From positions 2,571 to 66,570 of the forward strand of contig DASWCW010000273.1 in the NCBI GenBank assembly GCA_036395835.1: a stretch of DNA of 64,000 nt, given 5' to 3'. This document shows positions 38,539 through 47,742 of the stretch, one piece after another. The notes beneath the pieces were generated by a model, which saw nothing but the letters and a program-made list of their open reading frames with translations, did no database searches and was not told the DNA's origin. The translations under genes were made by a program, and so were the position numbers. Every line of letters begins with the position of its first letter. The stretch's first letter is position 1. This DNA is from Xanthobacteraceae bacterium. GTDB lineage: Bacteria; Pseudomonadota; Alphaproteobacteria; Rhizobiales; Xanthobacteraceae.

Positions 38539-38985
38539 TTGCTCCCCGGCGTCAGGGATCTGAAAGAACGGCTCGACGCCGCGATGAAGACCGGCGCATG
38601 GTCGACCGTGGCCGGGGTGGCGGCGCTGGTCATGTTGGGCTTCCTGTGCGCCGCGCTGTTCCTCTATCTGCAGAATTGGCGAGGCTCGATCGTCGCCTGT
38701 CTCATTCTAGCCGGCGCATTCCTGCTGGTGGTCCTGATCGCGATCGCGGCGATCGCGCTCGTGCGTCGGCGGCAGGCGCAACTGGCGCGCGCTCGCGCGC
38801 AGGCGAACCAAGCCGCCGGCCAATGGTTGCGGGATCCCGTCGTCGTGACCACCGCCCTGCAGGTTGCGAGGGCGCTGGGGTTGCGGCGCGCGGCTCCCGT
38901 GTTGCTGCTGGGTGCGTTCGTGGTGGGATTGGTGCTCAGCCGGACGGCCGCCAAGGCCGGGCATCCTGCCGGTCCCGAATCATAA
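38539..38985 (+). CDS. YqjE-like (phage holin family) membrane protein
   Basis: TTG at 38539 lies 6 nt after AGGAGGA and directly follows the DUF883 stop. There are two or three TM helices (VAGVAALVMLGFLCAALFLYL, IVACLILAGAFLLVVLIAIAAIAL). The pairing resembles yqjD-yqjE. Confidence 0.65.
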   Translation: MLPGVRDLKERLDAAMKTGAWSTVAGVAALVMLGFLCAALFLYLQNWRGSIVACLILAGAFLLVVLIAIAAIALVRRRQAQLARARAQANQAAGQWLRDPVVVTTALQVARALGLRRAAPVLLLGAFVVGLVLSRTAAKAGHPAGPES

Positions 38986-39038
38986 GTAGAGTGGATTCGC
39001 CGCGCGATGGCGGCCGAAGCGACGTCCAGACCGGCGCC

Positions 39039-39218
39039 TCAATGCACCGAGACCGGTTCCTCCCCGACCAGGCCGAGCATGATGAATTTGTCTTCCGCGA
39101 TCTTGATGATCGCGACCATCGCCTCGTCCGGATCCTGGGTCAGCTCGGCGCAGACGTCGTACATCTCATAAAACGGCCGAGTAACGCCGTCCGAGCAATA
39201 TGCGGTGCACTCATCCAT
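39039..39218 (-). CDS. small acidic hypothetical protein (uncertain)
   Basis: MDECTAYCSDGVTRPFYEMYDVCAELTQDPDEAMVAIIKIAEDKFIMLGLVGEEPVSVH lies in a lower-GC patch. An alternative GTG start at 39248 follows AGGTG. The rest of ORF 39039-40202 is antisense shadow over the glucosidase gene. Confidence 0.3.
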   Translation of the reverse strand: MDECTAYCSDGVTRPFYEMYDVCAELTQDPDEAMVAIIKIAEDKFIMLGLVGEEPVSVH

Positions 39219-39446
39219 GTTCACGTAAACGACGTCGATGTCGATCACGACACTACACCTACGCTCACGCCCACCCGATCCAATATTGTCGCAGACGTTA
39301 ATTCGGATCCCGGTTCGAGAGTTCCGATACGCCCCTCCGCGGACCGGATCAAGCCGCTCCTTGCCGGCTTTGCCGTGTCGCGCGTTTACCTGCGTCGAGC
39401 GCGAAGGCCGTGCAAATAAATCGCCGATCACAAGGCTCCGGCTCGA

Positions 39447-41096
39447 ATGGGAATCGCAATGAACGAGCTTGCAGCGAACCGGCCCGAATGGTGGCGCACC
39501 ACGACAATTTATCAAATTTATCCACGCTCGTTTCAGGACAGCAATGGCGACGGTATCGGGGATCTCCACGGCATCCTGCGGCGCCTGGATTATCTCGTCG
39601 AGCTCGGCATCGGCACCATCTGGCTCTCTCCGATCTTTCGCTCGCCGATGGCCGATTTCGGCTATGACGTTTCCGATCACACCGACATCGAGCCGTTGTT
39701 CGGAACGCTTGGCGATTTCGACGAGCTGCTGCATGCGGTCCACCGGCGAGGATTGAAGCTGCTGCTCGACCTCGTGCCGAACCACACCTCCGACCTGCAT
39801 CCCTGGTTCCTGGAAAGCCGTTCTTCGCGGCATAATCCGAAACGCGATTGGTACCTGTGGCGCGATCCCGGGCCGAACGGCGGCCCGCCCAACAACTGGC
39901 TGTCCGAATTCGGGGGAAGCGCCTGGACGTTCGACCGGCGGACCGGTCAGCATTATGGCCATGCGTTTCTGGCCCAGCAGCCGGACCTGAACTGGCGCAA
40001 TGCGCAGGTGCGCGGCGCCGTTCACGACGTGATGCGATTCTGGCTCGCGCGCGGCGTCGACGGCTTCCGGGTCGATGCCGTCGGACACCTGGTGAAGGAC
40101 GAGCAGTTTCGCGACAATCCGGTCAACCCCGAGTTTCGCCAGCACGACCCGCCATCGAAGCGACTGCTGCGACTCTACAATGCCGACCTGCCTCAGGTAC
40201 ACGAGATGATTGCGGGCTTGCGTTCCGTCGTCGACGAATTCCCGAGCCGGCTGCTGATCGGAGAAGTCTACTTACCCTTCGACCGGCTGTCCGCCTATTA
40301 CGGGAGCGAGCTTTCCGGCGCGCATTTTCCCTTCAATTTCGCGCTGCTGTCGACCGCGTGGAACGCGCGGGCGATCGCGGGCCTGGTCGACGAATACGAA
40401 GCCGCGCTTCCTCCCGGCGGCTGGCCCAATTGGGTTCTCGGCAATCATGACAAGCCGCGGATCGCCGGCCGCGTGGGCATCGATCAGGCACGCGTCGCCG
40501 CCATGCTGCTGCTGACGTTGCGCGGCACGCCGACGCTGTACTACGGCGACGAGATCGCAATGCCGCAAGTCGCAATTCCGGCAGAACGCGTGCAGGACCC
40601 GTTCGAAAAAAATGTTCCAGGACGAGGTCACGGACGCGACGGCGCCCGCACGCCCATGCAATGGAATGCAACGCCCCATGCCGGCTTTTCCGAGGTCGAG
40701 CCGTTGCTGCCGCTCGCCGACGATTTCCACAGCGTGAACGTCGCCAACCAGCGGGATGATGCAACGTCGATCTATCATTTATATCGTCGCCTGATCGCGA
40801 CGCGCGAGGCGCGGTTGTCGTTGCAGGTCGGCGCCTACCAGCCCGTCGTCGCCGGCGGGGACCTGCTGCTGTTCGTCCGCGCGCATCCGCGCGAGCGCAC
40901 GCTCATCGCGCTCAACCTCGGCGAGGAGGCGGCCGCGGTCGAGTTCCGCGCCGGCAGGCTTGCCGGACGCGTGCTGGTCTCCGCTCTCGGCGATCGCGAC
41001 GGCGAAGCCGTCGATCACAGCATTGATCTGCGCGGCAATGAAGGCCTCCTGATCGAGCTTTCGGCGGAGGCCGACGTTCCGGCGAGCGTGCTTTAG
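39447..41096 (+). CDS. alpha-glucosidase / oligo-1,6-glucosidase family (GH13)
   Basis: 549 aa. WWRTTTIYQIYPRSFQDSNGDGIGDLHGI, LLLDLVPNHTSDLHPWF, GFRVDAVGHL. The start may be the ATG at 39459 (MNELAANRPEWW). Confidence 0.92.
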   Translation: MGIAMNELAANRPEWWRTTTIYQIYPRSFQDSNGDGIGDLHGILRRLDYLVELGIGTIWLSPIFRSPMADFGYDVSDHTDIEPLFGTLGDFDELLHAVHRRGLKLLLDLVPNHTSDLHPWFLESRSSRHNPKRDWYLWRDPGPNGGPPNNWLSEFGGSAWTFDRRTGQHYGHAFLAQQPDLNWRNAQVRGAVHDVMRFWLARGVDGFRVDAVGHLVKDEQFRDNPVNPEFRQHDPPSKRLLRLYNADLPQVHEMIAGLRSVVDEFPSRLLIGEVYLPFDRLSAYYGSELSGAHFPFNFALLSTAWNARAIAGLVDEYEAALPPGGWPNWVLGNHDKPRIAGRVGIDQARVAAMLLLTLRGTPTLYYGDEIAMPQVAIPAERVQDPFEKNVPGRGHGRDGARTPMQWNATPHAGFSEVEPLLPLADDFHSVNVANQRDDATSIYHLYRRLIATREARLSLQVGAYQPVVAGGDLLLFVRAHPRERTLIALNLGEEAAAVEFRAGRLAGRVLVSALGDRDGEAVDHSIDLRGNEGLLIELSAEADVPASVL

Positions 41097-41101
41097 CGCT
41101 C

Positions 41102-41127
41102 GGAACATTGCGGACCGCGCCGACGTT
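41102..41127 (+). promoter_or_regulatory. EcfG/general-stress-type promoter motif GGAAC-N17-CGTT upstream of ligD
   Basis: GGAAC 41102-41106, 17-nt spacer, CGTT 41124-41127. It starts 6 nt after the glucosidase stop and lies 157 nt upstream of the ligD GTG. Confidence 0.6.
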
Positions 41128-41283
41128 CAAATGCATGATTTGCCATAGAGATAATCAGCACTTGCGCGGGGCCGCCGATCGGCGGCTAGAATGCCGCGGG
41201 TCGGCGTCGCGCTTGCTGGAGCCGGGCCCGGTCGGCGCACATCGTCGCGCCATGGACAGCCAGGGTAGGAAGGGACCGACTTC

Positions 41284-43899
41284 GTGCCGCTAGCCCGCCG
41301 CAAAGCCAAATCCGCTTCGCGCACCAAAGTCGAGGCGCGAGGCCGGCGCGATCCGCTCAAGACCTATCGCGAGAAGCGGGATTTCCGGCGAACCGCCGAA
41401 CCGGAGCCCCGCGTCAAGCCCGGCACCGGCTGGCAATTCGTGGTGCAAAAGCACGCCGCGCGGCGGCTGCACTACGATCTGCGCCTCGAGCTCGACGGCG
41501 TGCTCAAGAGCTGGGCGGTGACGCGGGGGCCGAGCCTGGTCCCGGGCGAGAAGCGCCTCGCGGTCCAGACCGAAGACCACCCGATGGATTATCTGGAATT
41601 CGAAGGCAACATCCCCGAGGGCGAGTACGGCGGCGGCTCGGTCATCGTTTGGGACCGCGGCCATTGGGTGCCGGACGGCGATCCGCATCACGGCCTCAAG
41701 AAGGGTCATCTCACGTTTTCGCTGGACGGCGAGCGGCTCAAGGGCCGCTGGCATTTGGTGCGCATGCGGCCGCGCCCCGGCGAGAAAAAACAGCAATGGT
41801 TGCTGTTCAAGGCCCGCGACGAATACGCGCGCGAGGCGTCGGATCCGGCGATCGTCGAGGAGGCCACGACCTCGTTTCTCACTGGACGCGAGATCGAGGA
41901 CGTCGCCGCGGAGGACGAGTTGCGCCCGGACCACGCCGAGCGCACCGAGGTCGCGCGCCGGCGCACGGCGGAAATTCCCGATCCGGCGCGGCTTCCCGGC
42001 GCCAAGAAAGCCATGCTTCCGGTATTCGTCGAGCCGAGTTTGGCGCAATTGGCCGACCGGCCGCCGAAGGGCAAAGACTGGGTTCACGAAATCAAATTCG
42101 ACGGCTATCGCATCCAGGCTCGCATCGACGGCCGCAGTATCAAGCTGCTCACCCGCAAGGGGCTCGATTGGACTCAGCGTTTCCAACCGGTTGCCACCAC
42201 ATTGAAAAAGCTGCGGCTGGGCTCGGCCCTGATCGACGGCGAGATCATCGTCGAGGCTCAGTCCGGCGTACCGAGCTTCAGCGAACTGCAGCAAGCGCTA
42301 AGCTCCGGCAGCAAGGATCGGTTTCTCTATTACGTATTCGATCTGTTGTATTGCAACGGCGTCGACTTGCGGAACGTGGCGCTCGTCGAGCGCAAGGCGT
42401 TGCTGGATCGAGTCCTGGAGCCGATTGCCGAGAGCGCCAATGTTCGCTTCAGCGAGCATCTCGAGCAGGATGGCGCGACCATGCTCGATCACGCCTGCCG
42501 GATGGGACTCGAAGGGATCATATCCAAGCGCAGAAACGAGCCCTATCGGTCCGGCCGGGGCGAGCACTGGATCAAGAGCAAATGCGTCGAGCGGCAGGAA
42601 TTCGTGCTGCTCGGTTACGTGCCCTCCACGGTAGCGAAGGGCGCGGTCGGCTCGCTGGTGGTGGGTTATTACGAGGCCGGAAAGCTCGTCTACGCCGGGC
42701 GCGTCGGAACCGGGTTTTCCGCCGACGTGGCGCGCTCGCTGCGCAAGCAGCTCGAGAAAATCAAGGCGGCAAGGCCCGTATTGGGCAAGCCGCTTCCCGC
42801 GGGGGCCGACAAGGGCGTGATCTGGGCCGAGCCTCGTCTCGTTGCCGAAGTCGAATTCCGCGGCTGGACCCACGATGACGTGCTTCGGCAGGCATCCTAC
42901 AAGGGGCTGCGGGAGGACAAGCCGCCGGAGGAAGTCGTGCGCGAGAAGGCGTCGGGATCGGCGAGAAAAACCAAGACGGCGGAGCGGGCCGACACCGCGA
43001 ACGGGATCGCGGGGGTTCGGCTCACCCACCCGGAGCGCATCCTGTGGGAAGGCCAGGGCGTCACCAAACAGGGCCTCGCCGAATTCTACGTCGAGATCGC
43101 CGATTGGATCCTGCCGCACCTGGTCGGACGGCCGCTGAGCCTCGTGCGCTGTCCAACCGGCGCCATGCATCAATGCTTCTATGCGAAGCATGCCTGGGCC
43201 GGGCTCGCCAAAGCCATTCGGCCCGTGGACGTCGGTGAAGCGAAGCCGATGCTCGCGATTTACGATTTGGAGGGGCTGATCGGCCTGGTGCAGGCAGGTG
43301 TGCTCGAGATCCACCCGTGGGGATCCACGGTCGAGGATCTCGAACGGCCCGACCGCCTGATCTTCGATCTCGATCCGGGCGAGGGCGTCGCCTGGGACGC
43401 GATGCTGGCCGCCGCGGCGGAAGCCCGGCAACGGCTCGAGGATCTGGGCCTGGAAAGTTTCCTGAAGACCTCCGGCGGAAAAGGCCTTCACGTCATGGTG
43501 CCGATCGAGCCGGAACTCGATTGGGATCGCGTCAAGGCGTTCACCAAAACCATCACCGATGCCATGGCGGCAGACGCGCCCGATCGTTACGTAGCGACCA
43601 TGTCGAAGCAATTGCGGCGCGGGAAGATCTACGTCGATTATCTGCGCAACGGCCGCGGGGCGACCGCGGTCGCCGCCTATTCGACGCGGGCCCGGCCGGG
43701 CGCGCCGGTGTCCACGCCGCTCGAATGGCAGGAGCTGTCGAAGGCGATCAAGCCCGATCATTTCAACATCGACAACCTGCGGCAGCGGCTCGCCTTCCTA
43801 AAACGCGATCCATGGCAGGGCTTTTTCGACATCCGTCAGCGTCTGCCGCAGTCGGCGGTGCCGGCCGCCGGCAAGAAATCCCGGCGTCGACGCTCATGA
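41284..43899 (+). CDS. ligD: ATP-dependent DNA ligase D (phosphoesterase-ligase-polymerase order)
   Basis: 871 aa. The N-terminal 3'-phosphoesterase domain has FVVQKHAARRLHYDLRLE. The ligase adenylation motif is EIKFDGYR. The C-terminal primase-polymerase domain has LIFDLDPG...SGGKGLHV. GTG start follows AGGAAGGGA. Confidence 0.92.
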   Translation: MPLARRKAKSASRTKVEARGRRDPLKTYREKRDFRRTAEPEPRVKPGTGWQFVVQKHAARRLHYDLRLELDGVLKSWAVTRGPSLVPGEKRLAVQTEDHPMDYLEFEGNIPEGEYGGGSVIVWDRGHWVPDGDPHHGLKKGHLTFSLDGERLKGRWHLVRMRPRPGEKKQQWLLFKARDEYAREASDPAIVEEATTSFLTGREIEDVAAEDELRPDHAERTEVARRRTAEIPDPARLPGAKKAMLPVFVEPSLAQLADRPPKGKDWVHEIKFDGYRIQARIDGRSIKLLTRKGLDWTQRFQPVATTLKKLRLGSALIDGEIIVEAQSGVPSFSELQQALSSGSKDRFLYYVFDLLYCNGVDLRNVALVERKALLDRVLEPIAESANVRFSEHLEQDGATMLDHACRMGLEGIISKRRNEPYRSGRGEHWIKSKCVERQEFVLLGYVPSTVAKGAVGSLVVGYYEAGKLVYAGRVGTGFSADVARSLRKQLEKIKAARPVLGKPLPAGADKGVIWAEPRLVAEVEFRGWTHDDVLRQASYKGLREDKPPEEVVREKASGSARKTKTAERADTANGIAGVRLTHPERILWEGQGVTKQGLAEFYVEIADWILPHLVGRPLSLVRCPTGAMHQCFYAKHAWAGLAKAIRPVDVGEAKPMLAIYDLEGLIGLVQAGVLEIHPWGSTVEDLERPDRLIFDLDPGEGVAWDAMLAAAAEARQRLEDLGLESFLKTSGGKGLHVMVPIEPELDWDRVKAFTKTITDAMAADAPDRYVATMSKQLRRGKIYVDYLRNGRGATAVAAYSTRARPGAPVSTPLEWQELSKAIKPDHFNIDNLRQRLAFLKRDPWQGFFDIRQRLPQSAVPAAGKKSRRRRS

Positions 43900-45425
43900 T
43901 CGCCCGGCGCATCCTCCCATTCGCGCTGGCGTTGGCGGTGCTTGCGCCGGCGTGGGCGGAAGAGCCGCCGGGGCGGCCGCCGGCCAATGCGCAACGCGAG
44001 CAGCAGCAGCAACCCGGCCCCGGCGTTCTGCGGCTGCTGCCGGGCGATGCCGTCGGCGAGCACTCGATCGAGCTTGCGTCCGGCAAGCTCGCCTACACGG
44101 CGACTGCCGGCACTTTTTCGCTGATCGACCAATCCGGCGAGCGCAAGGCCGACGTTTTCTACACCGCCTATGTGGCCGGCGGCGACACCGCGAGCCGGCC
44201 GGTGACCTTCGTGTTCAACGGCGGCCCCGGCGCCGCATCGGCCTTTCTGCATCTGGGGTTGGTCGGTCCGAAGCTCGTCGACTTCGGCCCGCAGGGCCGC
44301 GACGGCGCCGCCGCGCGGCTGCGCGAAAATCCCGAGACGTGGCTGGCGTTCACCGACCTCGTTCTGATCGATCCGGTGGGCACGGGCTGGAGCCGCGCGC
44401 CGAAGCCCGACGACGCGAGCGCGTTCTACAACATCCGCCGCGACGCGGAATCGATTGCGAAAATCATCGCGCTCTATGTCGCCAAGAACGGCCGCAGCGG
44501 CTCGCCCAAATATCTGCTGGGCGAAAGCTACGGCGGTTTCCGCGCGGTGAAAGTCGCGAAGATTCTGCAGGAGGATCAGGGCATCGTCGTTTCCGGCATC
44601 GTCATGGTGTCGCCGCTGCTGGATTCCGAATTTCTGTTCGGCAGCAGCCGATCCCCGCTCCGGGCGGCGCTGCAGCTCCCCAGCCTGATCGCGACCGAGC
44701 TCGAGCGTCAGCACGCCTTCAGCGCCGCCGCGCTCGCGGAGGGCGAGCTTTTCGCCATGACCGAATATCTCGCCACGCTTGCCGGGCCGCCGCCGACCGG
44801 GGCGAAGGCCGATGCATTCTACGGCAGACTCGCGCAGTTCTCCGGCCTGCCGCTGGAGACCGTGGTCAAGACCCGCGGGTTCATTCGCGACGTCTATTTG
44901 AAGAACCTGCGTGCCGGCCAGGATCAGGTGGTGAGCCGTTACGACGCAAGCTTCGCGGCGCCGGACCCCTATCCGGAAGCCGACTCGTCGCGCGGCCCGG
45001 ATCCCATCCTCGATGGCTTCGTGCGGGCGCTCGGCGGGATGTTCGTGGGCTACGCGCGCAACGAGCTCGGATTCAAGACCGACATCACCTATGCGCTGCT
45101 GGCCTCCGAGGTCAGCCACAAATGGAACTGGCACGAGGGCGGGGGCTGGTCGCGGCCAAGCGTGCAGGACGACATTCGCGACCTGCTGGCGCTCGATCCC
45201 TCGCTGCGCATGCTGGTCGCGCACGGTTTGAGCGACATGGTGCTGCCCTATGCGGTCTCCCGCTACGTGATCGACCATCTGCCGCAGATCGGCGCGCCCG
45301 GCCGCGTCGAGCTCAAGCTCTACCGCGCAGGGCACATGTTCTATTTGGACGATGCGCCGCGCAGGGCGTTCACGGCGGAGGCGAGGGGGTTTTATCAGGC
45401 GATCCCGTCGAACCCGACGCGTTGA
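43896..45425 (+). CDS. S10-family serine carboxypeptidase, secreted
   Basis: The ATG at 43896 forms an ATGA overlap with the ligD stop. MIARRILPFALALAVLAPAWA is a signal peptide. FVFNGGPGAAS and the catalytic GESYGG motif are present. Confidence 0.82.
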   Translation: MIARRILPFALALAVLAPAWAEEPPGRPPANAQREQQQQPGPGVLRLLPGDAVGEHSIELASGKLAYTATAGTFSLIDQSGERKADVFYTAYVAGGDTASRPVTFVFNGGPGAASAFLHLGLVGPKLVDFGPQGRDGAAARLRENPETWLAFTDLVLIDPVGTGWSRAPKPDDASAFYNIRRDAESIAKIIALYVAKNGRSGSPKYLLGESYGGFRAVKVAKILQEDQGIVVSGIVMVSPLLDSEFLFGSSRSPLRAALQLPSLIATELERQHAFSAAALAEGELFAMTEYLATLAGPPPTGAKADAFYGRLAQFSGLPLETVVKTRGFIRDVYLKNLRAGQDQVVSRYDASFAAPDPYPEADSSRGPDPILDGFVRALGGMFVGYARNELGFKTDITYALLASEVSHKWNWHEGGGWSRPSVQDDIRDLLALDPSLRMLVAHGLSDMVLPYAVSRYVIDHLPQIGAPGRVELKLYRAGHMFYLDDAPRRAFTAEARGFYQAIPSNPTR

Positions 45426-45452
45426 CCCGAAGGTTTGCAGCACGAAGCCGCG

Positions 45453-45872
45453 CTAATGCACATTGATCGTGACGGTGGTCGATCCGTTCTTGCCGTTGCC
45501 GTACATGACCTTGTAGGCGAGCGTATCGGTCCCGCGGAATCCCGGGTGCGATCGATACATGATCTGGTTGCCGCTGATGGACTTACCGGCGCAGCGCCCC
45601 GTGCTTCCCGATCGCGGCGCGCTTGCGGCGATGATGCTGACGCTCGGGACGACCGTCACCTTGCCATTGCCAGGTTGGCTCGTGATCGTGACCGAGGTGG
45701 GCAGCGGCTTGCAGCTCGCGTCCCACGAGCGTTCGTCGACGAGCAGCGCTTCGACGCCGGATTCCGCCGAGCGCGTCAGCTTGATTTCCTGGGCGAGGGC
45801 GCTCGTGGCGGTGAAAATCGCGATTGCCGGAACGATCGCGCGAATGACAATCCCTGCGGCTAGCTGAACCAT
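45453..45872 (-). CDS. hypothetical secreted protein
   Basis: The ATG at 45872 follows AAGGTG. MVQLAAGIVIRAIVPAIAIFTATSALA is a signal peptide. The mature part is beta-rich (VTITSQPGNGKVTVVP...TTVTINVH). The ORF track start at 45881 is a GTG. Confidence 0.5.
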   Translation of the reverse strand: MVQLAAGIVIRAIVPAIAIFTATSALAQEIKLTRSAESGVEALLVDERSWDASCKPLPTSVTITSQPGNGKVTVVPSVSIIAASAPRSGSTGRCAGKSISGNQIMYRSHPGFRGTDTLAYKVMYGNGKNGSTTVTINVH

Positions 45873-45945
45873 GGCAATCACCTTGTTGGCCTTTCGTTAT
45901 CGGCGGCCGCGAGCAAGCTGCCGTGACAAGTCGACATCGCGACGG

Positions 45946-46458
45946 TTATTCGACCGAATGCGACAGCGTACCGGATCCCTCGATGGTGCCGTCGTTGTGA
46001 TACCAATCGACGCTGCTGTGATCGGATGAAAAAACCAGGCGAACATTGTCGGGCTTATAGCCGGGAGAGGCGTTGATCACTGTCGTCCTGCCTTCGAAGG
46101 TCCGGTCATCGGTCATTTTGCCGACCAGCCCGATCTCATTGAGGAGCTTTCCATCGAAATCGTAGATCAGCACTTTCCCGGTATTCATGTCCGGGTTCAG
46201 CGTCAGGCGATACGTTCGGGTGGCCTGCGGCTCGCCGCCGAGGAACCGCCGATCGACCTTGCCGGCATAGGTGCCCGGCATGTCCGCGGGCGCTGGCACG
46301 GCCTGGGCGATAAGCCGCTCGGACCGGGCCGTGCCGTCCGCAGCCGGTCCAGCGAACTGAGGCTCCGCCTGATGCAGGCGCACGGTTTCGACGGCGTTCG
46401 CCCAGACCGACGTCGGCGCAAGCAGCATAGCTGCGGCGATCAGCAAGATTTGAACCAC
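45946..46458 (-). CDS. hypothetical secreted protein
   Basis: 170 aa. GTG start, MVQILLIAAAMLLAPTSVWA signal peptide. No family I recognise. Confidence 0.5.
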   Translation of the reverse strand: MVQILLIAAAMLLAPTSVWANAVETVRLHQAEPQFAGPAADGTARSERLIAQAVPAPADMPGTYAGKVDRRFLGGEPQATRTYRLTLNPDMNTGKVLIYDFDGKLLNEIGLVGKMTDDRTFEGRTTVINASPGYKPDNVRLVFSSDHSSVDWYHNDGTIEGSGTLSHSVE

Positions 46459-46765
46459 GGTATGCCCCCGGGACCGCGCGATCGAGCCTAGCGGAGGCGA
46501 TTTGGCGCTTCAACACGGGCCTGGACGCCGGTTGCCCAAATCCGAGGCAGCGCCATTCATCCGAGGTTCAGCATGCGAAGCCCTATTGCAAAGGCAGGAC
46601 GGGCGGAACTCGGTCTTGTCAAGCCTGCTGCCGCGCGTCATATCCTGTTGCGGGGATGTCGGGGATGATTCGGGGGCGCCCCGCCATAGCGTTGGCCATC
46701 TGAGCTACAATTTTGCCAGATTTGGTCCATAGCAGGCCTGCGGGCACGGGTAAGGGGATTCGTTC

Positions 46766-47233
46766 ATGAAGCCGCTGCGAATCGAGATGACCCGGGATTC
46801 TGAATCCGGGCGTGCCGGCATTCCCGCCGCCGATGCCCAGCTTGCGCGACGCATTCTCATTGTCGAGGACAATTACTTCGTCGCGCATCAATGCGAGAGC
46901 GCGCTCGTCGAAGCCGGTTACGACGTCGTCGACATCGTCGAAACCGCGGACCAAGCCGTTCAAGCAGCGCTGGACCGCCGGCCGGCACTGGTCCTGATGG
47001 ACATCTATCTTCCCGGCAAGCGCGACGGCATCGACGCTGCGGTCGAGATCTTGCAGCGCTTCGGCATTCGCAGCATCTTCGCTTCGGCGCTCGCCGATAC
47101 GGCCGTGAAGACGCGGGCCGAGCTCGCACAACCGCTGGCGTGGCTCGCCAAGCCCTTCAACGATCGCAAGCTCGTGGCGACGGTCAAATCCGCGCTCGAC
47201 GAAGTGAATGCTCTGCCGCAGACGCAACCCTGA
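46766..47233 (+). CDS. single-domain response regulator (receiver only), orphan
   Basis: ILIVEDNYFVA, phospho-acceptor context LVLMDIYLPG, and KPF near the C-terminus. A leader of about 25 aa precedes the receiver domain. No histidine kinase gene is nearby. Confidence 0.82.
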   Translation: MKPLRIEMTRDSESGRAGIPAADAQLARRILIVEDNYFVAHQCESALVEAGYDVVDIVETADQAVQAALDRRPALVLMDIYLPGKRDGIDAAVEILQRFGIRSIFASALADTAVKTRAELAQPLAWLAKPFNDRKLVATVKSALDEVNALPQTQP

Positions 47234-47377
47234 TCCTTGTTCGGCGCCGCCCTGGCGGACGGCTGCAATCGACGCAGCTGTATTTCGGAAGCGCGACCGC
47301 CGCAAGCGCAGCCGGACGAATCCGGAACCTTGAATCGGCGCCTTCGCGTTAAGGTGTCCGATCCGCCGGAGAACCAC

Positions 47378-47713
47378 ATGCCCAAGCTCGGCACGGTGGC
47401 GCTGATCGGGGTATCGGGGAAGCGCTACGAGTTCGATATCTATCTGCGCGAGGACGCATTCAAGGCACTGGGTGCCGTGTATTTCCTCGCCAAACGCATT
47501 CCATTCGCCGAAGCGGAGGCGGAATACACCTGGATCTACGTGGGCGAGAGCGCCGACATTTCCCAGCGGCCGCTTTCCGTCAAGCACAAGCCGTGCATCG
47601 ACGCCAACGAAGCGAACTGCCTCTGTCTCCACCTGGAGGATGACGCGCAGGCGCGGACCGCCATCGTGACCGATCTCGCCCGGGCCTATGATCCGCCCTG
47701 CAATCGCGACTAG
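47378..47713 (+). CDS. hypothetical protein (111 aa)
   Basis: The internal ATG at 47378 gives MPKLGTVALIGVSGKRYEFDIYLREDAFKALGAVYFLAKR...WIYVGESADISQR... The composition is protein-like. No confident family. Confidence 0.45.
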   Translation: MPKLGTVALIGVSGKRYEFDIYLREDAFKALGAVYFLAKRIPFAEAEAEYTWIYVGESADISQRPLSVKHKPCIDANEANCLCLHLEDDAQARTAIVTDLARAYDPPCNRD

Positions 47714-47742
47714 ACCACCGATCCGCAACGCGGCCGACCGGG

